A stretch of 24,870 nucleotides of DNA from a virus (Duplodnaviria > Caudoviricetes): IMG/VR virus record IMGVR_UViG_3300049164_000065, positions 1 to 24,870 of that record. One strand, written 5' to 3'. Each line of letters starts with the position of its first letter. Position 1 is the stretch's first letter. The notes below the pieces were generated by a model, which worked only from the letters and a program-made list of their open reading frames with translations, had not been told where the DNA came from and did not search any database. This document shows positions 8,683-16,867 of the stretch, piece after piece. The translations under genes were made by a program, and so were the position numbers.

Positions 8683-9654
8683 ATGCCGGCCGCTGACTTC
8701 ACCGCGATGGCGGAGCTCCGCCAGTCGCTCATCCGCAAGGCACTCAGGTACGCGATCTTCGCGGCCGACACGACCGCGGCGGCTGTCTCCGCCCCGTTCG
8801 ACTCCGGCGGCGTGCTCCAGACCCTGCCGTCCGGCTACGTGCCGGTGGGCTTCACCACGACCGACGGCGTCACCTTCTCCGGCGACCTGTCCAACTCCGA
8901 CGTGGAGTCCGGGCAGTCGGCCTCTCCGACCCGCTCGGACGTGGAGACCGACACGCGGACCGCGCAGTGGGTGCCGCAGGAGACCAACGCGGCCGCCGTC
9001 GCGCTGTACGAGAACCTGCCGCTGTCCGGCGCCGGTTCCCTGCCCGAGCTCGGTTCGGCGACGTGGACCTGGTCCCGCCCGAAGACTCCGCCGACCCGCT
9101 ACCGGCGCCTGGTCTTCATCGCCGAGGACCTCAACAAGGAGACGGGGCAGCCCATCTACATCGTCCGCCACTTCCCCAGCGCGCTGCGCACGGGACGCGA
9201 GGACGAGCAGTGGACGCGCACGGCGGAGATCGCCCGCGGGGTTACGTACCAGGCGTACCTCGACGACGTCCTCGGGACCGACTCCGTCACCTGGATCGAC
9301 GGGCCCGGCTGGCGGGACCTGGCCCCGCTGTCGGACGAGGTCCAGAGCGTGGCCATCACCGGCGGCCCGACCGGCGGAACCTACACGCTCACCTTCGACG
9401 GGCAGACCACCTCCGGCATCCCGTACAACGCCACTGCGGCCACGGTGCAGTCGGCGCTGGAGGCACTGTCGAACGTCACCGACGGGGACGTGGTGTGCAC
9501 CGGCGGCCCGCACCCGGGCACGCCCGTGGTGGTCACCTTCGGCGGCCAGTACGACGGCGAGGACGTGCCGCAGATGACCGGCAGTGCGGCCGGCCTGACC
9601 GGGGGCACCAGCCCTGCCGTGGTCGTCACCACCACCACGGCCGGCGGCGCGTGA
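8683..9654 (+). CDS. Major tail (tube) protein with a C-terminal accessory domain
   Basis: LPSGYVPVGFTTTDGV, PTRSDV and QETN tube motifs. The last ~105 aa (DEVQSVAITGGPTGGTYTLTFDGQTT...) form a separate beta-rich module. Confidence 0.88.
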   Translation: MPAADFTAMAELRQSLIRKALRYAIFAADTTAAAVSAPFDSGGVLQTLPSGYVPVGFTTTDGVTFSGDLSNSDVESGQSASPTRSDVETDTRTAQWVPQETNAAAVALYENLPLSGAGSLPELGSATWTWSRPKTPPTRYRRLVFIAEDLNKETGQPIYIVRHFPSALRTGREDEQWTRTAEIARGVTYQAYLDDVLGTDSVTWIDGPGWRDLAPLSDEVQSVAITGGPTGGTYTLTFDGQTTSGIPYNATAATVQSALEALSNVTDGDVVCTGGPHPGTPVVVTFGGQYDGEDVPQMTGSAAGLTGGTSPAVVVTTTTAGGA

Positions 9655-9670
9655 GCTCCCCCCGCCAACC

Positions 9671-9761
9671 GGCACCGCGGCGGCGGCCCAGGGTGAGCCC
9701 TGCCGCCGCGGTGCCTTCACCCGCTCACCCACCGGCCACCCAGAAGCGAGACGAAATCACC
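9671..9761 (+). promoter_or_regulatory. Structured leader (14-bp hairpin with potential pseudoknot) upstream of the tail assembly chaperone
   Basis: GGCACCGCGGCGGC (9671-9684) pairs perfectly with GCCGCCGCGGTGCC (9702-9715). Loop GGGTGAGC (9691-9698) is complementary to GCTCACCC (9723-9730). Confidence 0.6.
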
Positions 9762-10088
9762 ATGAGCAAGCCCAACAAGAAGCGTTACGTCCTGTCTACG
9801 GTCCGTTCTCAGTACGCCGAGGCCGTCGGCGGCGAAGAGGTGGAGTTCGAGGGCCCGGGCGGCAAGACGTTCACGATGCCGCACCCGATGTTCGCCCCCT
9901 CGGAGTGGACCAAGGCCGTGGACGACGCCGAGTCTGACGAGGAGATCGCCGAGGCGATGCTGGGCGCCGAGCAGTACGCCGAGTACGTGGAGGCAGGCGG
10001 CAACCCGGCTGACGTCAACTTCATCCGCATGGCCGCGATGGAGGACATGAAGGGGGCCCTGAAGAAGGGCCGCCCTACACGGTCCTAG
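9762..10088 (+). CDS. Tail assembly chaperone (lambda gpG analogue), 108 aa
   Basis: ATG 9762 (MSKPNKKRY...KKGRPTRS). Acidic small protein between major tail and tape measure. The 373-aa ORF in the track is an upstream over-extension. Confidence 0.85.
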   Translation: MSKPNKKRYVLSTVRSQYAEAVGGEEVEFEGPGGKTFTMPHPMFAPSEWTKAVDDAESDEEIAEAMLGAEQYAEYVEAGGNPADVNFIRMAAMEDMKGALKKGRPTRS

Positions 10089-10519
10089 ACGTCCTCGGTC
10101 CCTACCCCGAGGCCGTCGAGGCCGACCTGTGCCACCAGTACCCGCAGTACGGCGAGGGCGGCCCGCTCCGGGCGTTCTTCCAGGGCCGCATCACGCTGCG
10201 GCACCTGCGGGTCCTGGTGGAAGGGCTGCCGCCCGACGGCGCCCTGGCACGCAAGGCGGCCGGCCACCACTGGCAGCACGAACACTTCATGCTGGCCGAC
10301 CTGCTGGACGTCCAGGTACGTGCGCGGGTCGACTTCGCCAACGCCAACCGTGCGGAGAAGGCGCCCATGCAGCCGTACCCGGACGCGGTGTGGCGGCCGG
10401 AGGCACCCAGCGTGAAGAAGAAGCGCGAGAAGAAGGCCCGGAAGGAAGCCGCAGAAGCCCGCAGTGGCTACCTGCGGATCGTCTCCCTGGTCACACCGGA
10501 GTACGCAGAGAAGGGGTGA
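10076..10519 (+). CDS. Tail assembly chaperone frameshift extension (gpT analogue, -1 frame)
   Basis: The -1 frame is open across the gpG stop and reads YTVLDVLGPYPEAVEADLCHQY...RITLRHLRVLVEGLPPDGAL, the usual actinophage second-chaperone pattern. No convincing independent start. Confidence 0.8.
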   Translation, partial: YTVLDVLGPYPEAVEADLCHQYPQYGEGGPLRAFFQGRITLRHLRVLVEGLPPDGALARKAAGHHWQHEHFMLADLLDVQVRARVDFANANRAEKAPMQPYPDAVWRPEAPSVKKKREKKARKEAAEARSGYLRIVSLVTPEYAEKG

Positions 10520-10522
10520 GCC

Positions 10523-13500
10523 ATGCCCCGCGCTGCATCCGTGTGGGTCGACGTCCTGCCGTCCATGGCGGAGATGCGCCGTGAACTGCGCCGCGAGCTG
10601 GAGCAGCCCGTCATCGACTCTGCCGCCCGGGCGGGCGACCAGGGCGGCGAGGCGATGGTGGGCGGCTTCAAGGAGAAGCTGAAGGCGGGCGGCGCCGTCA
10701 TCGGCGTCGCGTTGGGCGCCGCCATCGCCGCCTCCACCGTCAAGCAGCTGGAGAAGGAGAAGACCGCCGACCGCCTGGCCGCGCAGCTCGGTCTGTCCGG
10801 CAAGGGTGCGGAGAAGGCCGGGAAGGCTGCCGGCGGCCTGTACTCCAAGGCCGTCGTCGACTCGTTCGAGGAGGGCGCCGAGGTCGTCCGGCAGGTCATG
10901 GGCTCCGGCCTGATCGACCCCAAGGCCAGCACCAAGTCCATCGAGCAGATCACCACCAAGGTCGCCGACCTGGCCAAGACGTTCGACCAGGACCTGGCCA
11001 TGACCTCGAACGCGGCCGCCCAGATGATCCGCACCGGGCTGGCCAAGGACGGCACCCAGGCCCTGGACCTGCTCACGCGCGGCTTCCAGACCTCGGCGAA
11101 CAAGGCCGACGACCTGGCCGAGACCGTCAACGAGTACGGCGTCCAGTGGAAGAAGATGGGCCTGGACGGCGCCACCGGCATCGGGCTGCTGAACCAGGCC
11201 ATTGCAGGGGGCGCTCGCGACGCCGATATCGCCGCCGACGCCATCAAGGAGTTCAGCATCCGGGCCGTGGACGGCTCGGACACCACCAAGGAGGGCTTCA
11301 AGGCCCTGGGACTGTCGGCCACCGACATGGCCAGCAAGTTCGGCAAGGGCGGCAAGGTCGCCACGGCGGCCCTGGATCTGACCCTGGACCGGCTGCGCGC
11401 CATCGAGGACCCCGTCAAGCGGGAGGCGGCCGCGGTCGCCCTGTTCGGAACCCAGGCCGAGGACCTCGGGGCGGCCCTTTACAAGATGGACGTCTCCACG
11501 GCCGCCGACAGTCTCGGCAAGGTGGGCGGGGCGGCCAAGAAGATGGGCGACACCCTCCGCGACAACACGTCCACGCGCATCGAGGTCCTGAAGCGGCAGC
11601 TCACCAGTGCCTTCGGCACGGCCGTCAACGCGATCGTGCTGCCCACGATCAACGGCCTGATCACCGGCATACGGTCGCTGGACGACGTCCTCGAGGCGAC
11701 GGGCGCCTGGTTCTCCAAGTGGGGTGCCTGGCTGATCCCGCTGGGCATCATCGTCGGCGGGCTGACGATCGCCCTGAACGCCAACGCGATCGCCACCGGC
11801 ATCGCCATGGGCGTGATGGGCGCCTACTCCCTGGCCGTGCGCGGCGTGGCCGCCGTGACCCGCGTATGGGCGGCCGCACAGCTGCTGATGAACAGCATCA
11901 TGGCGCTCAACCCGTTCGTCCTGGTCGCCATCGCGGTGCTCGCCCTCGGCGCGGCCCTGGTCGTCGCCTGGAAGAAGTCCGAGACGTTCCGCAGCATCGT
12001 CATGGGCGTCTGGGAGGCCATCAAGACCGGCGCGATGTGGCTGTGGACCAACGGCATCAAGCCCATGGTCGACGGCTTCATGTCCGGCATGCGCTGGATC
12101 GGCGACGCCGCGTCCTGGCTGTGGAACACGGTGCTGAAGCCGGTGTTCTCCGCCATCGACACCGGCGCCCGGATCCTCGCCACCATCCTGACGATCGTGG
12201 TCTTCGGGCCCATCTACCTGGCCGTGAAGCTGCTGGGTGCGGTCTTCGGCTGGCTCTGGACGGCGGCCATCAAGCCGGTCTTCGGGTGGATCCAGGCCGG
12301 GGCATCGCTGCTCTGGGCCGCCGTGCAGATCGTCTTCGGCTACTTCATGGCCGGCCTCAAGACGGTGGGCGGCTGGTTCAAATGGCTCTGGAACAACGCG
12401 GCCAAGCCGGTCTTCGGCTGGGTCGCCGCCGGGGCCAAGGTCCTGTGGTCCGGCGTGACCATCATCTTCGGCTACTTCATGACCGGGCTGAAGACCGTGG
12501 GCGGCTGGTTCAAATGGCTGTACAACAACGGCGTCAAGCCTGCGTTCAACGGCGTGAAGTCGGTCATCTCGACCGTCTGGGAGTCCGGGATCCGGCCCGT
12601 CTTCGACAAGATCAAGGCCGCTACCGGCAGGGTCGCCGACGCGTTTGAGGTCGCCCGGGCGGGCATCAAGCTGGCCTGGGACAAGGTCAAGGGCATCGCC
12701 AAGACCCCGGTGAAGTTCATCATCGACACGGTCTACAACGGCGGAATCGTCAAGGTGTGGAACAAGGTGGCGGACGTCTTCGGCGCCCCGACCCTGGACC
12801 CCGTCAAGGGCTTCGCCCGCGGTGGCCTGCTGCCCGGACAGTCGTCCTACCGGCAGGGTGACGACCAGCTGGTGCCGATGCGCCGCGGTGAGGGCGTCGC
12901 CGTGTCCGAGGCGATGCGTGATCCGTATGAGCGGGCGCGGCTGCTGGCCGTGAACAAGGCCGCCATGCGCGGCCAGTCGCTGAGGCCGTTCCAGGAGGGG
13001 TTCGCCAAGGGCGGCATCTTCGGCTGGGTGAAGAGTGCGGCGTCCAAGACGGTGGACCTGGCCAAGTCCGGTGTCGGCTGGCTGAAGGACGGTGTGAAGG
13101 CCTCCGCCGAGGCGGGCCTGAACAGCGTGGTGGAGCCGCTGCTGGACCGGATCGCCGGTTCGGCGTCGGTGTACCGGGACATGATCTCTGGCATTCCACG
13201 CCGCATGATCAAGTCGATTCTGGGCTACTCCGGCGAGGCCGATAAGAAGCTCGAGGCCGCGGGCATCGGCGGCAAGGGCTACAAGGCGGCCCTGTCCTGG
13301 GCGCGCACCCAGCACGGCAAGAAGTACCAATGGGGGGGCAACGGCAACCCCAGCTGGGACTGCTCGGGTTTCATGAGCGCCATCGAGTCCGTCATCCGCG
13401 GGCAGAAGCCGCACCGCCGCTGGGCCACCGGCAGCTTCTCCGGAGTGACCGCCGCGCCCGGCTGGGTCCTGAACAAGAAGTCCCCGTTCCAGATCGGGAT

Positions 13501-14812
13501 CACGAACGCCGGCGTGGGCCACACGGCCGGCACGATCAACGGCGTCAACGTTGAATCGCGGGGCGGGGACGGCGTCATCGTCGGACCGCGCGCCCGCTCG
13601 TACCGGGACAGCCTGTTCACCCACCGATACGGGTTCGCGGCCAAGGGGTACGCCGACGGCGGCAAACCGCGCCCCGGCGAGATCGCCTGGGTGGGCGAGC
13701 GCGGCCCGGAGCTGGTGAAGTTCGGGAGCGGCAGCGCGGAGGTCTACAACCACACCGACTCCATGCGGATGTGGGAGGGCCTCGGCGCCCGCGGCTTCGC
13801 CAAGGGCACCGCGTCCTCGAGGGCCAAGGCCCGCAAGGACATCCCCGGCGACCTGAAGGCCTTCACCAAGTCGCTGACCGGCTCGGCGGCGGACATCTCC
13901 AAGGCCACCAAGGAGCTGGTGAAGGACCTGACGGCGGCGGGCGGCGGCAAGTCGCTGCTGGCCTCGGTGCAGAAGGTCTCTGCCAAGCTCCAGTTGCTGG
14001 CCAAGCAGCGCGACGCCATCGCCGGCCGGATCGCCACGGCGAAGGCGGCGGCCGCCGACCAGAAGAAGGCCGCGCAGGACTACCTGGGGCTGTCGAACCT
14101 GGGGGACGCAACCAGCATCGGCGATCTGATCTCCGGCATGAAGGAACGCCAGGGCACCCTGAAGGGCTTCCAGAGCCAGATCAGCACGCTGTCCAAGAAG
14201 GGCCTGAACCAGCAGCTGATCAGCCAGCTGGTGGAGATGGGCCCGGGCAGCCAACTCGCCGGGCTCGTCTCCCGGGCCACGCCGGCGCAGATTAAGGAGC
14301 TCAACAAGCTCGCCGCCTCGGGTGTCAAGTTGTCGGCCAGCTACGGCAACACCATGGCGGACGCCATGTACGACGCCGGGAAGATGGCGGGCAAGGGCTT
14401 CCTGACCGGCCTGATAGCGGACCAGAAGGCGATCCAGGCCGTCATGGCGAAGCTCGGCGCCGACGCCATCAAGGCGATCCGCTCCAAGAAGGGCATCGAC
14501 GCTCACTCCCCGTCCCGCAAGGGCGAGCAGGCGGGCGCCGACCTCGGCGCCGGCCTGGTGGCCGGCATGTCCGCCGCAGGGCCCGCCATCGAGTCCGCGG
14601 CTGCCCGCATGGGCGCCTCCGCAGTCCCTGCCGGAGTCGTCCCTGTCACCTCCGGAGCGACCCGCCAGACCACCTCCAACGGCCTGAACGGACAGCCGCT
14701 CTACCTGGTCGTCGAAGACGGTGTGGTGCTGCGCGCGTACCTCTCGGACCGGGTCGACGACGCCCTGACCGACGTGCGCCGCGGCAAGCGGTCCGGCTCC
14801 AAGAAGAAGTAG
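10523..14812 (+). CDS. Tape measure protein with an internal NlpC/P60 peptidase domain
   Basis: 1429 aa, Ala/Gly-rich. PhageMin_Tail-like block (ETVNEYGVQW...ADAIKEFSIR...ALFGTQAEDLG), hydrophobic segments, Trp/Phe-periodic repeats, YQWGG...WDCSG...GHTAG motif and a terminal IDAHSPSR motif. Confidence 0.95.
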   Translation: MPRAASVWVDVLPSMAEMRRELRRELEQPVIDSAARAGDQGGEAMVGGFKEKLKAGGAVIGVALGAAIAASTVKQLEKEKTADRLAAQLGLSGKGAEKAGKAAGGLYSKAVVDSFEEGAEVVRQVMGSGLIDPKASTKSIEQITTKVADLAKTFDQDLAMTSNAAAQMIRTGLAKDGTQALDLLTRGFQTSANKADDLAETVNEYGVQWKKMGLDGATGIGLLNQAIAGGARDADIAADAIKEFSIRAVDGSDTTKEGFKALGLSATDMASKFGKGGKVATAALDLTLDRLRAIEDPVKREAAAVALFGTQAEDLGAALYKMDVSTAADSLGKVGGAAKKMGDTLRDNTSTRIEVLKRQLTSAFGTAVNAIVLPTINGLITGIRSLDDVLEATGAWFSKWGAWLIPLGIIVGGLTIALNANAIATGIAMGVMGAYSLAVRGVAAVTRVWAAAQLLMNSIMALNPFVLVAIAVLALGAALVVAWKKSETFRSIVMGVWEAIKTGAMWLWTNGIKPMVDGFMSGMRWIGDAASWLWNTVLKPVFSAIDTGARILATILTIVVFGPIYLAVKLLGAVFGWLWTAAIKPVFGWIQAGASLLWAAVQIVFGYFMAGLKTVGGWFKWLWNNAAKPVFGWVAAGAKVLWSGVTIIFGYFMTGLKTVGGWFKWLYNNGVKPAFNGVKSVISTVWESGIRPVFDKIKAATGRVADAFEVARAGIKLAWDKVKGIAKTPVKFIIDTVYNGGIVKVWNKVADVFGAPTLDPVKGFARGGLLPGQSSYRQGDDQLVPMRRGEGVAVSEAMRDPYERARLLAVNKAAMRGQSLRPFQEGFAKGGIFGWVKSAASKTVDLAKSGVGWLKDGVKASAEAGLNSVVEPLLDRIAGSASVYRDMISGIPRRMIKSILGYSGEADKKLEAAGIGGKGYKAALSWARTQHGKKYQWGGNGNPSWDCSGFMSAIESVIRGQKPHRRWATGSFSGVTAAPGWVLNKKSPFQIGITNAGVGHTAGTINGVNVESRGGDGVIVGPRARSYRDSLFTHRYGFAAKGYADGGKPRPGEIAWVGERGPELVKFGSGSAEVYNHTDSMRMWEGLGARGFAKGTASSRAKARKDIPGDLKAFTKSLTGSAADISKATKELVKDLTAAGGGKSLLASVQKVSAKLQLLAKQRDAIAGRIATAKAAAADQKKAAQDYLGLSNLGDATSIGDLISGMKERQGTLKGFQSQISTLSKKGLNQQLISQLVEMGPGSQLAGLVSRATPAQIKELNKLAASGVKLSASYGNTMADAMYDAGKMAGKGFLTGLIADQKAIQAVMAKLGADAIKAIRSKKGIDAHSPSRKGEQAGADLGAGLVAGMSAAGPAIESAAARMGASAVPAGVVPVTSGATRQTTSNGLNGQPLYLVVEDGVVLRAYLSDRVDDALTDVRRGKRSGSKKK
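12333..12530 (+). repeat. 132-nt (44-aa) period imperfect direct repeat within the tape measure gene
   Basis: TCTTCGGCTACTTCATG...GGCGGCTGGTTCAAATGGCT starts at 12333 and again at 12465, encoding FGYFM(A/T)GLKTVGGWFKWL(W/Y)NN. Confidence 0.85.
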
Positions 14813-14825
14813 GGAGGCACCCCGT

Positions 14826-15719
14826 ATGCCGATGATCGTGGACCCGTCGGCGCCGCAGGTCACTCCGCCCGCCACCGTCACCAGCCCCGACGGCTGGCTG
14901 ACCGCTGTGGTGGACGCGCAGTGGGCGGGCGTCTACCTCGCGGTCAACTACCTGGGCGGCAGCTCCCCGCTGGCCGGTGCCGCCCAGGTCCGCAAGGTGA
15001 GGCTCACCCGCCAGGACCCCGGCCAGGGCGCGCCCGTCCCAGTGCGCTCCGGGGACCTGGCGTGGGCCATCGAGGGCGTCGGCCAGGCCTACGACCACGA
15101 AGCGCCCCTGGGCGTGGCCGTGGCGTACACCGCGCAGCCGCAGTTCGCGGACGGCTCGTGGGGGCCGCTGTCGTCGCTGGGCCTGGTCGTGCCCGCCCCC
15201 TCGCCCGGGCAGAACCGCGACCTGTGGCTGAAGTCCATTGACGAGCCTGGCCTGTCGATGCGGGTGATGTACGGCCCCGACCAGGGCACGACCAGTGAGG
15301 CCCGGATGGACACCGCGGCGCGCACGGGCACGCCGTACACCGCGGTCGCCTACGACACGGCGGCTGCGCCCGCCGAGTCCGTCCAGGTCGACGTCCTCAC
15401 AGCCCACATCGAGCAGTTCCGCCTGCTGATCCGCTCTGGGGTGCTGCTCGCCCAGGTGCGGCCCGGCTACCAGAAGCCGGACAGGTTCTTCGTGCCCGGC
15501 GCTGTCACTGAGAAGGCCACCGGGAAGCTCGGCTCCACGGGCGGCTACACCGTCACGTTCGACATCGCCCCCATCGAACGGCCCCACACCACTGGCCAGC
15601 CCATGCGGGCCCCGGCCTGGTCCTACGACACGCTCGCCGCCCAGTTCGCCACCTACGACGCGGTCGCCGCCTCCTACCCCACCTATGCGGCGCTGGCCAC
15701 GAACGGCGCGGTGACCTGA
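14826..15719 (+). CDS. Minor tail protein (probable distal tail / Dit position)
   Basis: First gene after the tape measure, SD GGGAGG. YDHEAPLGVAVAY and WLKS...PGLS motifs and terminal SYDTL...TYDAV...TYAAL repeats seen in actinophage Dit-like proteins. Confidence 0.7.
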   Translation: MPMIVDPSAPQVTPPATVTSPDGWLTAVVDAQWAGVYLAVNYLGGSSPLAGAAQVRKVRLTRQDPGQGAPVPVRSGDLAWAIEGVGQAYDHEAPLGVAVAYTAQPQFADGSWGPLSSLGLVVPAPSPGQNRDLWLKSIDEPGLSMRVMYGPDQGTTSEARMDTAARTGTPYTAVAYDTAAAPAESVQVDVLTAHIEQFRLLIRSGVLLAQVRPGYQKPDRFFVPGAVTEKATGKLGSTGGYTVTFDIAPIERPHTTGQPMRAPAWSYDTLAAQFATYDAVAASYPTYAALATNGAVT

Positions 15720-15720
15720 C

Positions 15721-16866
15721 GTGCTGCCCATCTCCCAGACGGCGCTGGCCGCGCTGGGGCAGGCCACCGCCCGCCCGGTGAAAGCGGAGTGGTCCAACGA
15801 CGGCGGACGCACGTGGCAGCCCGTCCAGTTCGGCTCGGGGCAGGTGACCCCGGACCGTACCGCGGAGGTCCGCTACGCCGCTGCCGTCGAGCTGCTCGAC
15901 GCGCCCCGGGGACGGCACGGCATCAACAGCGTCTCCACCGAGGTCCGGCTGTTCCAGGGCATCAAGGCGCCCAGGCGGGACGTCGAGTGGATCGCCGCCG
16001 GCCGCTACACCATCGACCGGCTGCGCCGTACCCGCCTCGGCGTCTCCCTGGACCTGCTCGGCCGTGAGGACATCGTCCGCAGCGCGGACCTGCCCACGGC
16101 GCGCACCATCGGCCCGGACACGGCGAAAGTGTGCGCCGAGCAGCTGCTCGCCGAGGCCCTGCCCGGCTCAACGGTGGCATGGGCGGCCGGAGTGAAGACG
16201 GAGACGCCACTGCCGGCGTTCGTCGTCGACGAGGACCGCTGGGCGGCTATCAGCGGAGGCACCGATTCGTCCGGCGCCGGGACCGGCATCGCGTCCTCCT
16301 TGGGCGCGGAGACGTACTGCGACGCCCGCGGCATCCCCACCTTCCGGCCGGTGCCGACCCTGGCCGATCCGGTGGTGTGGGAGATCCCCCGCAGCCTGGT
16401 CACCGCCGAGCCCGCCGAGGAGGAGTCCAGCGAGGGCCTGCGCAACCTGTGGGTGGTCACCGGCGACGCCGGCAGCGGCGGGGACGTGATCGGGCCGGTG
16501 TTCCGCTGGGACGACGACCCCGACAGCCTGACCTACGCCGGGCCGGACCCCGTCGGCGATCCGCTGGCGCCGCAGCGCCTGGGCCTGCCCGGCGTGCGGG
16601 TGCGCACCGGCCGCTACAGCAGCGCGCTGATCACCAGCCTGGCGCAGGCCCGCGACGTGGCGGCCGCGCAGCTCGCCGACTCCCTCGGCGTGCAGGCCTC
16701 GCTGTCCTTCACCGCTGTGTGCAACCCGGCGATCGAGCCGGGCGACGTCGTCCTGGCCGAGGTCGCCGACGGGGTGTGGGAGCGCCACCTGATCGACTCC
16801 AACCCCTACACGCTCGGGGGCGTGTCGATGACCTGCCAGACCCGCACCAGCACGAGGAGGATCTGA
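15721..16866 (+). CDS. Minor tail protein (baseplate hub / DUF5047-like)
   Basis: GQVTPDRTAEVR, DEDRWAAI, NLWVVTG, YSSALIT and NPAIEPGDVV motifs of actinophage hub proteins. Synteny fits. Confidence 0.72.
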   Translation: MLPISQTALAALGQATARPVKAEWSNDGGRTWQPVQFGSGQVTPDRTAEVRYAAAVELLDAPRGRHGINSVSTEVRLFQGIKAPRRDVEWIAAGRYTIDRLRRTRLGVSLDLLGREDIVRSADLPTARTIGPDTAKVCAEQLLAEALPGSTVAWAAGVKTETPLPAFVVDEDRWAAISGGTDSSGAGTGIASSLGAETYCDARGIPTFRPVPTLADPVVWEIPRSLVTAEPAEEESSEGLRNLWVVTGDAGSGGDVIGPVFRWDDDPDSLTYAGPDPVGDPLAPQRLGLPGVRVRTGRYSSALITSLAQARDVAAAQLADSLGVQASLSFTAVCNPAIEPGDVVLAEVADGVWERHLIDSNPYTLGGVSMTCQTRTSTRRI

Positions 16867-16867
16867 G

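Noticed and set aside
8438-10088. Long alternative-frame + strand ORFs (8438-9577, and 8967-10088 upstream of 9762)
   Set aside because: Arg/Pro-rich off-frame translations of the major tail gene. Only 9762-10088 has chaperone-like composition.
10085-14881. 1598-aa ORF antisense to the tape measure gene, and other long antisense ORFs (1135-2847, 5157-6887, 18601-20067, 22720-24018)
   Set aside because: Shadow ORFs expected from strong GC3 bias on the coding strand. They have no recognisable motifs and fully overlap well-supported genes.
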